Below, piece after piece: positions 18,525-28,388 of a stretch of DNA of 44,561 nt (position 1 is the first letter of the stretch; each line of letters opens with the position of its first letter). Origin of the DNA: Candidatus Hebobacteria bacterium (GTDB taxonomy: Bacteria; Armatimonadota; Hebobacteria; Hebobacterales; Hebobacteraceae); NCBI GenBank assembly GCA_029821495.1, contig JALGTG010000001.1:1-44561 (forward strand). The letters run 5' to 3'. Made by a program: the position numbers and the translations under genes. The notes below the pieces were generated by a model. The model saw only the letters and a program-made list of their open reading frames with translations, searched no databases and was not told the origin of the DNA.

Positions 18525-19400
18525 ATGCAGTTGCAGTTGCGCCTGGGGCTGCCGAAGGGCAGCTTGCAGAAGGCTACGTTCGATATGCTGAAGCGCGCGG
18601 GCTATCAGTGCTCCGTCAGCAGCCGATCCTACTACCCGGCCATAGACGACCCTGAGATCGAGGCCGTGCTGATGCGCGCCCAGGAGATCCCTCGCTACGT
18701 CGCGGCCGGCGCTCTCGACGTCGGCCTGAGCGGACTCGACTGGCTCATCGAGTCCGACGCCGACGTCGTGCAAGTCTGCGACCTCGTCTACTCCAAGGCA
18801 AGCCGCGCCTCCGCCCGTTGGGTGCTGGCGGTGGCCCAGCGCAGCGAGATCAGCTCTCCGAAGGATCTCAATGGGAAGCGCATCGCCACCGAAGTCGTCA
18901 ACGTCACCAAGAAGTATCTCGCCGGCCGGGGAATTGAGGCCGAGGTCGAGTTCTCGTGGGGCGCGACAGAGGTCAAGGTGCCGGACCTCGCCGACGCGAT
19001 CGTCGAGCTGACCGAAACGGGCGCCTCCCTCGCCGCCAACGACCTGCGGGTCCTCGACACCGTCCTTGAGACCAACACGAAGCTGATCGCTAACCACAAG
19101 TCCTGGGAAGACGCCTCAAAACGATCGAAGATCGAGACCCTCTCGGTGCTCTTGCAGGGCGCCCTGATGGGGCAGGAGAAGGTGGGGCTGAAGATGAACG
19201 TCCCGCGGGCGCAGCTGGACAAGCTGCTCGAGCTGCTGCCCGCCCTTCGGCAGCCTACTATCTCGGCGCTGACGAACCAAGACTGGGTTGCAGTCGAGAC
19301 GGTCCTCGACGAGCGAGAAGCGCGCGACCTGATTCCCCAGCTCCGCCAAGCTGGTGCCGAGGGAATCGTCGAGTACCCGCTGAACAAGGTCATACCCTAG
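18525..19400 (+). CDS. hisG: ATP phosphoribosyltransferase, long form
   Basis: [36 protein letters not shown] and the C-terminal regulatory domain ([22 protein letters not shown]). The true start may be TTG 18531, judged by RBS spacing. Confidence 0.96.
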   Translation: MQLQLRLGLPKGSLQKATFDMLKRAGYQCSVSSRSYYPAIDDPEIEAVLMRAQEIPRYVAAGALDVGLSGLDWLIESDADVVQVCDLVYSKASRASARWVLAVAQRSEISSPKDLNGKRIATEVVNVTKKYLAGRGIEAEVEFSWGATEVKVPDLADAIVELTETGASLAANDLRVLDTVLETNTKLIANHKSWEDASKRSKIETLSVLLQGALMGQEKVGLKMNVPRAQLDKLLELLPALRQPTISALTNQDWVAVETVLDEREARDLIPQLRQAGAEGIVEYPLNKVIP

Positions 19401-19515
19401 GCCGATCGGGCGCGTCGCAACCTGAGTGCCGATGTCGTAGACGCACGCCGCCCCGTCCGGTCGCGGCGCGTCGCCAGAGGGCGGGGGTATGCTTGAGTAG
19501 TGCAGGAGGCAGGCG

Positions 19516-20679
19516 GTGGTGCGGTGTCCTAAGTGCGGCAAGGATAGCCCCGACCAGGCCCGGTTTTGCCGCGCCTGCGGGCAGGAACTGACAGCGGACG
19601 CTCAGTCGGCAGCCCCCACGCCCACCTCGCCCGAGGAGCGCGCCCGGCGCCTCCTCGAAGACGGTTTCCGCTTCAGCGAGGCCGGCAGACTACAGCAGGC
19701 CATCGAGGCCTGCCAGCAGGCAATCTCCTTCAACCCCGCCTCCACATCCGCTCACTCGCTCCTGGGCACCCTCTTCGAACGCGTCGGCGACCGAGAGGGA
19801 GCGATCCGGGCCTACGAACAGGTCTTGACCCTCAGTCCCGGCAGCACCGTCGAGCGGCGCCGGCTGAACGAGCTCATGGGAGTGCCCGCGGCCCCGGAGC
19901 CCGTGGCCGTCTCACCCCGCGCCGCGCAGATGGCATTGACGGGAGCGATCGTGGTAGTGGTCGCGGTCGCGGCCATACTCTACACCTCCCACCAGGCTCC
20001 CTCAACGCGCCGAGAGGCGCGCGGGCCAGGGGCGGCCCAACTCGCCAGGCGGGGCGAGACACCAGGCCCGACTGCCCTGAGTGCCACTGCGCCCCCGCGC
20101 TTTGTCAACCTCGGCCGCGCCATCCCCCGCATGCCAGCGCGCCCAAGGCAGCTCGCGGCCATGCCGAGGGAACAGCCCCGCTGGCAGGACTACGGCTTTG
20201 GACAAAGGGTCGGACCTGGCTCCTACCTCCTGCCCGCGGCCGGCGGCGGACAGTACGCCTCCGCGCGCCCTCGCGCTCGGAGACAGCCCGTTCCCCCCAT
20301 ACACGGAGCCGTGCTGCTGCCGGGGTCGGCGGCCCCGACGCTCCCCACCCCGGGCTGGCGCTATCCCTCCGGGCTGGCCGAAGTCGGAGGGGGCGGCTCC
20401 AGTCGTCTGGCGCGTGCTTACTACATGCAGAAAGACTATCAGCGCGCCATCGAGACGTACAGAGGCTATCTGAACGAGAGTCCCCAGGCTGGCGCCGCAG
20501 TGCGAGAGGAGTTGGCATGGGTCTACGCCGAGTCGGGCCAGCCCCGCAGAGCCGCTCGCGAGTACGACACTGCTCTCAGTCAATACCGAACCGATCTGAA
20601 CCGGGGGCACAACGTGGAGGCCGCCCGGCATGGGGTCCGCACCTGTGAGTCTGCCCTTAAGGCACTGGAAAGCAACTAG
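19516..20679 (+). CDS. Zinc-ribbon / TPR / TM / TPR protein
   Basis: CPKC..FCRACG ribbon, TPR helices (AIEACQQAI..NP...AH..LG), a TM (AIVVVVAVAAILY), a Pro/Arg linker and a C-terminal TPR (ARAYYMQKDYQRAIETY). Confidence 0.8.
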   Translation: MVRCPKCGKDSPDQARFCRACGQELTADAQSAAPTPTSPEERARRLLEDGFRFSEAGRLQQAIEACQQAISFNPASTSAHSLLGTLFERVGDREGAIRAYEQVLTLSPGSTVERRRLNELMGVPAAPEPVAVSPRAAQMALTGAIVVVVAVAAILYTSHQAPSTRREARGPGAAQLARRGETPGPTALSATAPPRFVNLGRAIPRMPARPRQLAAMPREQPRWQDYGFGQRVGPGSYLLPAAGGGQYASARPRARRQPVPPIHGAVLLPGSAAPTLPTPGWRYPSGLAEVGGGGSSRLARAYYMQKDYQRAIETYRGYLNESPQAGAAVREELAWVYAESGQPRRAAREYDTALSQYRTDLNRGHNVEAARHGVRTCESALKALESN

Positions 20680-22291
20680 GACCATCTGCCTCGCAGCCGC
20701 GGTGGTGCTGATCTGCGCGGTCGCACCCGCGCAGGACCCGGCGGCCCGCTCCCTCCTGCTATTCCCTGTGCGGAGTCACTGGCTCTCCGCACCCCTAGCC
20801 GACGCCCTCACCGGCGCTCTCGCCAGGGAGCTCGGTCAATCGGGCATTCGCGTCGTGTCGGCAAACCCACAGGCCCCAGTCGTCCGGCTGGCCGCCTCCG
20901 AAGGCTGGATCCACCGGGATGACCTAGCCGCGGATCGCCTCCAGTCCAAACGGCACACGCTGGCCGTGGCGACGGGAACCGCGGCCTCGTTGACCGCTGT
21001 GCTGATAGAGGGTGAGACGGAGGCATCCCTCAACATCATTCTGGCGGGCGCGGTGTCGCGTCGTGAGGCAAGCCAACAGATCACGGCGCCGCTCGGCCGC
21101 ACCCCTCAGGAAGTGGCCCGCGATCTCGCCCGCCAGGTCGTGCATGCTCTGGAGACGGGACTTTGGGCGGCGGCGGACGCCGACCACGAAGGCCGCCGCC
21201 GCGCCGCCGCGGAGCGCTACGCGGCCGGGCGCGAAGCACTGGCGCAGGCAATGTACCGGGATGCCTTGCTGCACTTCGAGGCGGCCTTGCTGGGCGAGCC
21301 GGACAACACCGACTACCTCCGGCGCGCGGCGGAGGCAAGGGTCGGGCTCAAGGACTACTCCGGTGCACTGGTTAGGCTGCGGACACTCGCCAGCCGGCAG
21401 CCCGACGATGTCGAGGTGGCGCTGCAACTGGGCGACGTGGCCCTCATGGCCGGCGAGCCGGAGCGGGCAGAGGCGGCTTTTCTGTCAGCCGAGGCCCTGT
21501 CCCCGGGCGACGAGCGCGTCCTCGAGGGCCTGGCGCGGTCAGCGCGGGCGCGCGGGGCTCTGGAGAGGTCGGAGCTCTACTACGGCAGACTGCTCGGCCA
21601 ACTGGGCATGGCTTCCGTCCACTGGTCGGGTGGCACACAGGGAGGGCGAATCGTCTCGGGCAGGGCCTGGGGCGGGTACCAGTCTCTCGCTGCCGTGTTG
21701 GCGGCCCAACCCGATGACTCGATCAGGATCGCGGCCGTACCCGCGGATATCCGAGCCTTGCAGTTCGCCCAAGCCTACCTTCGCTCCGGCTGGACCGCTC
21801 ACGGGCTGGACGCCCTTGAGGCCTACCACGCTGAAGCCGACGTGCCGACGTACACGGAGGCCGCGTACCTCGACATCTTCCCGGTTCTCGACGAAGAGTC
21901 CGAAGCCGTCGCGCGCGACACACAACGAGCACTCGCCTCGCGAGCCGTCGGGGAACTCGACGATGAAGAGGCCGACTCTGAGATCGACAGCCTGCACGAT
22001 CGCTCCGATCGCCTTGCTACGTTGGCGGAACAGATGCAGGTCGCGCCGAGAGTCGACCCGGCCCACCGCTACCGCGTGCTCGCCTACAACATGCTGAACG
22101 AATCGAACTTCGAAGCGCTCATGTTCGCGCGGACCCAGGACCCTGACCACCACCGACGCGCAGAGCTGCTCCGCGCCGCGTTCCGAGAAGCACGTGCCCA
22201 AGCGAACCTGCTCTGCCAGGCGCTCCTGGGCTCGGCCGAGATCGTCGAGCCGCGACCTCTGCCACCTCCGGCGGAGCCCGCAGGCGAGTGA
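20630..22291 (+). CDS. Exported TPR-repeat protein
   Basis: Signal peptide (ICLAAAVVLICAVAPA-Q), an N-terminal alpha/beta domain and several TPRs (ALLHFEAALLGEPDN, LQLGDVAL.AG...AE.AF). Start uncertain (20630/20645); overlaps the upstream gene. Confidence 0.7.
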   Translation: MGSAPVSLPLRHWKATRTICLAAAVVLICAVAPAQDPAARSLLLFPVRSHWLSAPLADALTGALARELGQSGIRVVSANPQAPVVRLAASEGWIHRDDLAADRLQSKRHTLAVATGTAASLTAVLIEGETEASLNIILAGAVSRREASQQITAPLGRTPQEVARDLARQVVHALETGLWAAADADHEGRRRAAAERYAAGREALAQAMYRDALLHFEAALLGEPDNTDYLRRAAEARVGLKDYSGALVRLRTLASRQPDDVEVALQLGDVALMAGEPERAEAAFLSAEALSPGDERVLEGLARSARARGALERSELYYGRLLGQLGMASVHWSGGTQGGRIVSGRAWGGYQSLAAVLAAQPDDSIRIAAVPADIRALQFAQAYLRSGWTAHGLDALEAYHAEADVPTYTEAAYLDIFPVLDEESEAVARDTQRALASRAVGELDDEEADSEIDSLHDRSDRLATLAEQMQVAPRVDPAHRYRVLAYNMLNESNFEALMFARTQDPDHHRRAELLRAAFREARAQANLLCQALLGSAEIVEPRPLPPPAEPAGE

Positions 22292-22325
22292 GGACGTCGT
22301 CTGCCCGGTCGACGAGGAGGGCTCT

Positions 22326-22928
22326 GTGAAGCTCCTGCTCCACTGCTGCTGCGCACCGTGCGCCACCGCTGTCGCCGACTACTTCCGCAGCCTCCAGTAC
22401 GACGTGACGGGATGGTTCTTCAATCCAAATATCCATCCAGAGGAGGAGCGTCTTCGGCGAGAGAGAGTCCTGTCCGCGGGAGCGCCGCAGATGGGCCTCC
22501 CGCTCTTGCCCGCGGGTCCGGGGATGAGCTTGGCCGATTTCCTTCTGGTCCTCTCTCAGAGTGGCGGCCGCCGCTGTCGTGCCTGCTACGGACTCCGCCT
22601 GACGGAGACGGCAAGGCAAGCGGCGAAGAACGGCTTCGAGGCCTTCTCCAGCACGCTGCTCATAAGCCCCTACCAGGACGTAAGCGCCATCGCAGAGGTC
22701 GGCTCCGAGGCGGCCGAGCGATTCGGCGTCCAGTTCCAGTGCCCCGACCTGCGGGACAAGTACCCGGAGAGCTGCGAGCGCTCGCGGCAACTGGGCCTCT
22801 ATCGCCAGAACTACTGCGGCTGTCTCTTCAGCCAGCTCGAACGCGGCGAGCGCCGCTCGAACCGCTTTGTCGACAAGCTGCTGACGCGCTCCTGCTCTGA
22901 CGTGGACCGGACTCCTGCCGCGAGATGA
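22326..22928 (+). CDS. queH: Epoxyqueuosine reductase QueH (DUF208)
   Basis: KLLLHCCCAPC, FFNPNIHP, RC..CY.LRL, FSSTLLISPYQ and YRQNYCGC.FS. RBS GAGGAGG before GTG 22326. Confidence 0.93.
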   Translation: MKLLLHCCCAPCATAVADYFRSLQYDVTGWFFNPNIHPEEERLRRERVLSAGAPQMGLPLLPAGPGMSLADFLLVLSQSGGRRCRACYGLRLTETARQAAKNGFEAFSSTLLISPYQDVSAIAEVGSEAAERFGVQFQCPDLRDKYPESCERSRQLGLYRQNYCGCLFSQLERGERRSNRFVDKLLTRSCSDVDRTPAAR

Positions 22929-22955
22929 GAGCGCGGCGATGGGCGGGACGAGCCT

Positions 22956-23303
22956 ATGAGACGAGCGCTCATTCGGCTTGGCGGCGGCCTGGTCGCCTTG
23001 GGCATGCTGACCATAGGCCTCGGCCTCTTGACCTCGGCCGCGGGCCGGCGCGGCGCGTGCCTCCTGCCGGGAGACGCTCCCATCTCGCGTTCACCTCTCC
23101 CCTCCGTGTTTCCGGTGGTCGCCTGTCCCGTCTTGAGGCCAGTGCTCGCCCTGGTTCTGTGGGTGATCGCCGCCTCGCGCCGGGACTCAGCATCCCTTGC
23201 TCCGCGGGGCAAGGCCCTCCTATACTGTTGTTCGCTGAGGAACTGCGACCATGAACATCATCGTCGCCCCGGACAGCTTCAAGGGCAGCCTCACTGCGGC
23301 TGA
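22956..23303 (+). CDS. Possible small membrane protein (doubtful)
   Basis: Fills the queH-glxK gap and has two hydrophobic stretches, but overlaps the glxK promoter and start and has no clear RBS. Confidence 0.25.
   Translation: MRRALIRLGGGLVALGMLTIGLGLLTSAAGRRGACLLPGDAPISRSPLPSVFPVVACPVLRPVLALVLWVIAASRRDSASLAPRGKALLYCCSLRNCDHEHHRRPGQLQGQPHCG
23197..23226 (+). promoter_or_regulatory. Sigma70-type promoter of glycerate kinase
   Basis: TTGCTC, 18 bp, TATACT, ending 25 bp before ATG 23251. Confidence 0.55.
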
Positions 23304-24414
23304 AGCCGCTGATGCCATCATACAGGGCGTGCGCGACGTCCTGCCGGACGCGGAGATCGTCTCCATCCCGCTGGCCGACGGCGGTGAGGGCACCGTAGAC
23401 GCTCTTGTACTTGCCACCAGGGGCCGGATCGTCACTAAGAAGGTCACCGGACCGATGGGCGACGAGACTGAGGCCAGCTTCGGGGTCCTCGGCGACGATG
23501 TCACCGGCGTCATAGAAATGGCGGCGGCCGCTGGCCTGCCGCTCGTACCCCCGGAGAAGAGGAATCCGCTCCTGGCCACCACCTACGGCGTCGGGGAACT
23601 GATGCTCGCGGCCCTCGATGAGGGATGCACGCGGCTGATCGTCGGCCTCGGCGGCAGCGCCACCAGCGATGGGGGAGCGGGCATGGCCCAGGCCTTGGGC
23701 GTCAAGCTGCTCGCAGCCGACGGCACTGAGTTGAAGCGCGGGGCGGCGCCGTTGATGAGTCTCGAGAGTGTTGACATCGCCAAGCGCGACCCGCGCATCG
23801 CCAACATTACCATCTACGCAGCCTCCGATGTCACCAATCCCCTCTGCGGCCCACAAGGAGCCGCAGCAGTCTACGGCCCCCAGAAGGGCGCCAGCCAGCA
23901 GATGGTCCCCATGTTGGACAACGCGCTGGCCAAGCTCGCAGCCGTCATCGAGCAAGACCTAAGCCTCAGCGTTCGTGATACTGCTGGCGCCGGCGCCGCC
24001 GGCGGCCTTGGCGCGGGCCTGGTCTCCTTCTGCAACGCCCAGATCCGCTCCGGGCCCAATCTTGTGCTCGAAATGCTCGACTTCGAAGGATATCTTGAGT
24101 CGGCCGACATAGTGCTCACCGGCGAGGGCAGAATCGACGATCAGCTCGAGTTCGGCAAAGCGATAAGCGGCGTCGCTCTCCTGGCCGGCAAGTATGGCGT
24201 CCCCGTAGTCGCTCTCACGGGAAGCCTGCTCGTGGAGCCCGAGAAGCTCGCCGAGCGCGGGGTCGAAGGCGTAGTCCCGATCTCGACCGGACCTGTGGAC
24301 GAGACTGAACTGATGGAGCGGGCCGGGGAACTCCTGCAGGCGGCCACCGAGCGAACGATGCGTCTGCTCATCGCCGGCCGTCGGCTCGGAGACGGACGCT
24401 GGCCCGCGGCATGA
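23251..24414 (+). CDS. glxK: Glycerate kinase (GlxK/GarK family)
   Basis: IIVAPDSFKGSL, PLADGGEGT, GLGGSATSDGGAG, DVTNPLCG..GAAAVYGPQKGA, GAAGG and TGEG. Confidence 0.95.
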   Translation: MNIIVAPDSFKGSLTAAEAADAIIQGVRDVLPDAEIVSIPLADGGEGTVDALVLATRGRIVTKKVTGPMGDETEASFGVLGDDVTGVIEMAAAAGLPLVPPEKRNPLLATTYGVGELMLAALDEGCTRLIVGLGGSATSDGGAGMAQALGVKLLAADGTELKRGAAPLMSLESVDIAKRDPRIANITIYAASDVTNPLCGPQGAAAVYGPQKGASQQMVPMLDNALAKLAAVIEQDLSLSVRDTAGAGAAGGLGAGLVSFCNAQIRSGPNLVLEMLDFEGYLESADIVLTGEGRIDDQLEFGKAISGVALLAGKYGVPVVALTGSLLVEPEKLAERGVEGVVPISTGPVDETELMERAGELLQAATERTMRLLIAGRRLGDGRWPAA

Positions 24415-24476
24415 GGTTGGATACTCCACATACTGTGGTATAAGCGTTCCTAGACGGCAGCAACGGCGGTGTCGTA

Positions 24477-25073
24477 GTGCACAACCTACTGAGGCCCACG
24501 CGGCTGGCCGATGCGGTTTGGAGCATCGACCTGGACTGGCTCGCCAGCCGACGCATACGTGGCCTGATACTAGACCTCGATAACACGCTCGTCGACTGGA
24601 ACGACAGCAGAGTCCGCCCGGAAGTGCGGGCCTGGCTGCAGCAGGCGCGCGCGCGCGGGTTCGCCCTCTGCATTGCCAGCAACGCCGTGCGAGCCGGCCG
24701 CGTTGGGCGGCTGGCGAAAGAGCTGGGCCTCAAGGCCGTAACGCACGCTGGCAAGCCCCTCCCCGCCGCCTTCCGTCATGCCATGGCGGCCCTCGGCACC
24801 TCCGTCAACACCACCTGCGCAATCGGCGACCAGTTGTTCACGGACATGCTGGGAGCCAACTGGCTGGGGATGACCACTGTCCTCGTCGACCCCCTGAGCC
24901 CCAGAGAGTCACCCCACACTCGACTGATCCGCCTCATTGAGCGACCGATTAGACGCCGATGGAAGCGCAGCCGCGCTGCACAGCGCCCCCTGTGCCCCAC
25001 ACAGACGGAACCCCAGAGCGACAATCGCAGGCCAACACCGTACCGGGAAACACCAAACGGGGGTGGCGCATGA
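24477..25073 (+). CDS. yqeG: YqeG family HAD IIIA phosphatase
   Basis: GLILDLDNTLV, IASN, AGKP and IGDQLFTDMLGAN..G..TVLV.P. Confidence 0.9.
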   Translation: MHNLLRPTRLADAVWSIDLDWLASRRIRGLILDLDNTLVDWNDSRVRPEVRAWLQQARARGFALCIASNAVRAGRVGRLAKELGLKAVTHAGKPLPAAFRHAMAALGTSVNTTCAIGDQLFTDMLGANWLGMTTVLVDPLSPRESPHTRLIRLIERPIRRRWKRSRAAQRPLCPTQTEPQSDNRRPTPYRETPNGGGA

Positions 25074-25259
25074 CCCCCGCTTTCGTGTACAATCCAGTCC
25101 TCGGATGCCGGCCGGAGGAACCGGGGACCGAAATCGGCGGAGGCAGCCAGGCGGGAAGCCAGGATCGGAGGCAGGCAGACTCGCTCTGGGCGGTTTTCAG
25201 CCGCCAGGCAAGACTCATCCGGTGTCTTGCCGCGGCCGCGCGCGAATTCTCGGCAGAGG

Positions 25260-25288
25260 TTGTGAGAGGAACCCACTTGTGGTATGAT
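25260..25288 (+). promoter_or_regulatory. Promoter of the pilB operon
   Basis: TTGTGA, 17 bp, TATGAT with an extended -10 TG. Confidence 0.6.
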
Positions 25289-25382
25289 ATAGAAGCGAGA
25301 GGTCCAGTGGGATGCCCCGCCGCATTCATCGTCCGTAGCTTGTCGGTTCGCCTGTTGGCGCAGGTGTAAGGGGAACGGCCGG

Positions 25383-27125
25383 ATGGCGACACCGCAGGGA
25401 CCGAAAAAGCCGCTGGGGCAGATCCTCCTGGACAAGGGTCTGATCACCCAAGATCAGCTCGACGAGGCCCTTAGGGTCCAGAAGAATACGACCGAGCAGC
25501 TCGGCCGTATCCTGGTGGACTTGGGCTATATCGCCGAGCGCGACGCATTGAAGGCCCACGCCGAGCAGCTCGGCATGCCTTTCCTCGAGCTCGACCGCGT
25601 AAGCATGGACGAGGACGTCGCAAAGGCCATCCCCCAGAGCGTCGTCCAGCGTTACAACGCGGTCCCCATTCGGCGCAGCGGCAACCGGCTGACCGTTGCC
25701 ATGGCCGACCCCACCAATGTCTTCGCCCTGGACGACATCCGGCTCATTACGGGATACGAGATCGACCCCATGCTCGCCGCCCCCGACGACATCAACGCAC
25801 TGCTCCGCGGCGTGGATGGGGGCGCTACCCAGGAAGAGCTTCAAACCGCACTCCAGGCCCTCGACGGAGGCTTCGAGCAGGGGCTGGGCGACGATCTCGA
25901 CCTCACCACTGCAGGCGTCGACGAGGACATCCGCGCGGATCAGGCGCTCGAGGACGAAGCGCCCATCATCCGCGTCGTCAATGTCATCATCCAGCAGGCC
26001 ATCAAAGACCGCGCCAGCGACATCCACGTGGAGCCCGACCGACGCGGAGTTCGCATCCGCTACCGTGTGGACGGCGTCCTCCACGAGGTAATGAGGGTCC
26101 CCAAGTACGTCCACGCACCCCTCGTCTCCCGTATCAAGATTATGGGAGACATGAACATCGCCGAGCGCCGCCTCCCCCAGGACGGACGTATCCACATCAG
26201 ACACGAAGGCAAAGACTACGACCTCCGCGTCTCCAGCCTCCCTACCGTCTTCGGCGAAAAAGTCGTCATGCGTATCCTCGACCAAAGCAGCGTCTTGATC
26301 GGACTCAACAAGCTCGGCCTCTTCCCCGAGATCCAGGCCCAGTTGGAGTCCATCATCGTACAGCCCAACGGGATGATCCTCTCCACAGGACCCACGGGCT
26401 CCGGCAAGACAACCACCCAGTACTCCGTCCTCAACAAGATCAACTCCGTCGAGGTCAACATCACCACCATCGAGGACCCGGTCGAGTACCAGCTGCCGGG
26501 ACTCAACCAGGTCCACGTCAACCGGAAGGCGGGCCTCACCTTCGCCAACGCAATGCGCTACTTCGTCCGCCAGGACCCCGACATCATCATGGTCGGAGAA
26601 ATCCGCGACCTCGAGACCGCCGAAACCGCCATCCAGGCATCTCTTACCGGACACCTCGTTCTATCTACCCTACACACCAATGACGCGCCGTCGGCCGTCA
26701 CCCGTATGGTCGACATGGGCGTCGAGCCGTTCCTGATCTCCGCCTCCGTCATCGGCGTCCTGGCTCAGCGCCTCGGCCGTCGCATCTGCGCCAACTGCAA
26801 GGAGCCTTACAAGCCGCCAGCCGAGGCCCTACAGAGAGTCGGCTTCGACGTCGAGAACATGGATGACGTCGTCTTCTACCGCGGGCGCGGCTGCGATCAG
26901 TGTCTCCACACCGGATACAAGGGCCGCAACGGCATCTTTGAGTTCATGCTCATGACCGAGGAACTCCAGGACCTGATCGTCAAGCGAGCGCCGCTCTCTG
27001 AGGTCCGCAACGCTGCCTTGGCGAGCGGCATGAAGACCCTGAAGTCGGACGGTTTCCAGAAAGTGGTCGAGGGGCTCACAACGGTTGAGGAAGTTATGCG
27101 GGTGGTCTTCACGGCAGGAGGGTAG
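25383..27125 (+). CDS. pilB: Type IV pilus assembly ATPase PilB (GspE family)
   Basis: MshEN-like N-terminus, RASDIHVEP, ERRLPQDGR, Walker A GPTGSGKT, IEDPVEY, RQDPDIIMVGEIRD, TGHLVLSTLHTN and the Zn site CANC/CDQC. Confidence 0.95.
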   Translation: MATPQGPKKPLGQILLDKGLITQDQLDEALRVQKNTTEQLGRILVDLGYIAERDALKAHAEQLGMPFLELDRVSMDEDVAKAIPQSVVQRYNAVPIRRSGNRLTVAMADPTNVFALDDIRLITGYEIDPMLAAPDDINALLRGVDGGATQEELQTALQALDGGFEQGLGDDLDLTTAGVDEDIRADQALEDEAPIIRVVNVIIQQAIKDRASDIHVEPDRRGVRIRYRVDGVLHEVMRVPKYVHAPLVSRIKIMGDMNIAERRLPQDGRIHIRHEGKDYDLRVSSLPTVFGEKVVMRILDQSSVLIGLNKLGLFPEIQAQLESIIVQPNGMILSTGPTGSGKTTTQYSVLNKINSVEVNITTIEDPVEYQLPGLNQVHVNRKAGLTFANAMRYFVRQDPDIIMVGEIRDLETAETAIQASLTGHLVLSTLHTNDAPSAVTRMVDMGVEPFLISASVIGVLAQRLGRRICANCKEPYKPPAEALQRVGFDVENMDDVVFYRGRGCDQCLHTGYKGRNGIFEFMLMTEELQDLIVKRAPLSEVRNAALASGMKTLKSDGFQKVVEGLTTVEEVMRVVFTAGG

Positions 27126-27183
27126 TGCCGCCGTAGGCTCGGGGGGCGACCGTTCACTCTTGCGAACTAGGGATGAGTGCATA

Positions 27184-28359
27184 ATGGCAGAGGCGACCGA
27201 GTCGGGAGAAGCCGGTCCGGAAGTTAGAGCACCAGACGCCCAGGGGCTCCCCACTGAGAGGGTGACGGCCGCGCGCCCCATCGAAGACGTCCACCTCGAC
27301 GAGCTCCTTCACCTCGTTGTCGACAAGAAGGGCTCAGACCTCCATCTCGCGCCTGGCGTGCCCCCCGTTCTCCGCATAGACGGGAAACTGCTCGCCACGA
27401 ACTTCGACGTGCTATCGGACTTCGAAGTGCAGCGGATGGTCTACGCAATCCTCACCGACGAGAACATCCGCAGCTTCGAGACCGACTACGAACTCGACTG
27501 CTCCTACGAGCTTAAGGGCGTCTCTCGTTTCCGGGTCAATATCTACCGCGATCGCGGCGCCGTCGCTGGCGCCTTCCGCGTCATCCCTTCCAGAATCCCC
27601 ACCGTCCGCGAGCTGGGCCTCCCCCTCGTCCTCGAGGACTTGAGCCGCAGACCCCGTGGGCTCGTCCTCGTCACCGGCCCAACTGGCTCCGGCAAATCCA
27701 CCACCCTGGCCGCACTCATCGGCCAGATCAACAACGAACGCTCCGAGCATATCATCACCATCGAAGATCCCATCGAGTACCTCCACACCCACCGGCGCAG
27801 CCTCGTCAACCAGCGAGAGATGGGCACCGATACCCGCAGCTTCGCCCAGGCCCTGCGCCATGCTCTGCGGGAGGACCCTGATGTCATCCTCGTGGGCGAG
27901 ATGCGGGACCTGGAGACGATGGCACTCGCAATCACCGCGGCCGAAACCGGACACCTGGTATTCTCTACCGTCCACACCAACAGCGCCGCCCAGACCGTGG
28001 ACCGCATCGTAGACGTGTTCCCCCCAGGCCAGCAGGAACAGATCCGCATTCAGCTCTCCAACACCCTCGAAGCAGTCCTCTCCCAGCAGCTCCTCCCGCG
28101 CGCCGGCACGCCGGGCCGAATCGCGGCCATGGAGATCATGGTCGCCTCTCCCGCCGTCCGCAACCTCATCCGGGAGGCCAAGGCCCACCAGATCACATCC
28201 ATCATCCAAACCAGCGCCCATCTAGGCATGCAGACCATGGACCAGTGCTTGCGCGATCTCTACCAGCGCGGCCTCATAACCTACGAAGAGGCCATGGGGC
28301 GCGCAATGAACCAGGAAGAGCTCAAGAAGATGCTCTTCACGCGGGGTGAGGAAGCCTAA
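27184..28359 (+). CDS. pilT: Type IV pilus retraction ATPase PilT
   Basis: SDLHL, GPTGSGKSTT, LREDPDVILVGEMRD, AETGHLV.ST.HT, AVRNLIRE (AIRNLIRE motif) and GMQTMDQ. Confidence 0.96.
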   Translation: MAEATESGEAGPEVRAPDAQGLPTERVTAARPIEDVHLDELLHLVVDKKGSDLHLAPGVPPVLRIDGKLLATNFDVLSDFEVQRMVYAILTDENIRSFETDYELDCSYELKGVSRFRVNIYRDRGAVAGAFRVIPSRIPTVRELGLPLVLEDLSRRPRGLVLVTGPTGSGKSTTLAALIGQINNERSEHIITIEDPIEYLHTHRRSLVNQREMGTDTRSFAQALRHALREDPDVILVGEMRDLETMALAITAAETGHLVFSTVHTNSAAQTVDRIVDVFPPGQQEQIRIQLSNTLEAVLSQQLLPRAGTPGRIAAMEIMVASPAVRNLIREAKAHQITSIIQTSAHLGMQTMDQCLRDLYQRGLITYEEAMGRAMNQEELKKMLFTRGEEA

Positions 28360-28388
28360 GGCAGGGCCGTCCCTCAGGAGACGACGCT

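Noticed and set aside
25095-25210. GGAGGAACCGGGGACC upstream of pilB resembles part of the c-di-AMP (ydaO) riboswitch
   Set aside because: The downstream conserved elements (TGGGGTGAATC and AACCCG.CAGCTAAC) are absent, and the segment lies upstream of the predicted pilB promoter.
27160-27185. Internal promoter before pilT (TTGCGA..CATAAT)
   Set aside because: The spacer is only 14 bp and the -10 overlaps the start codon.
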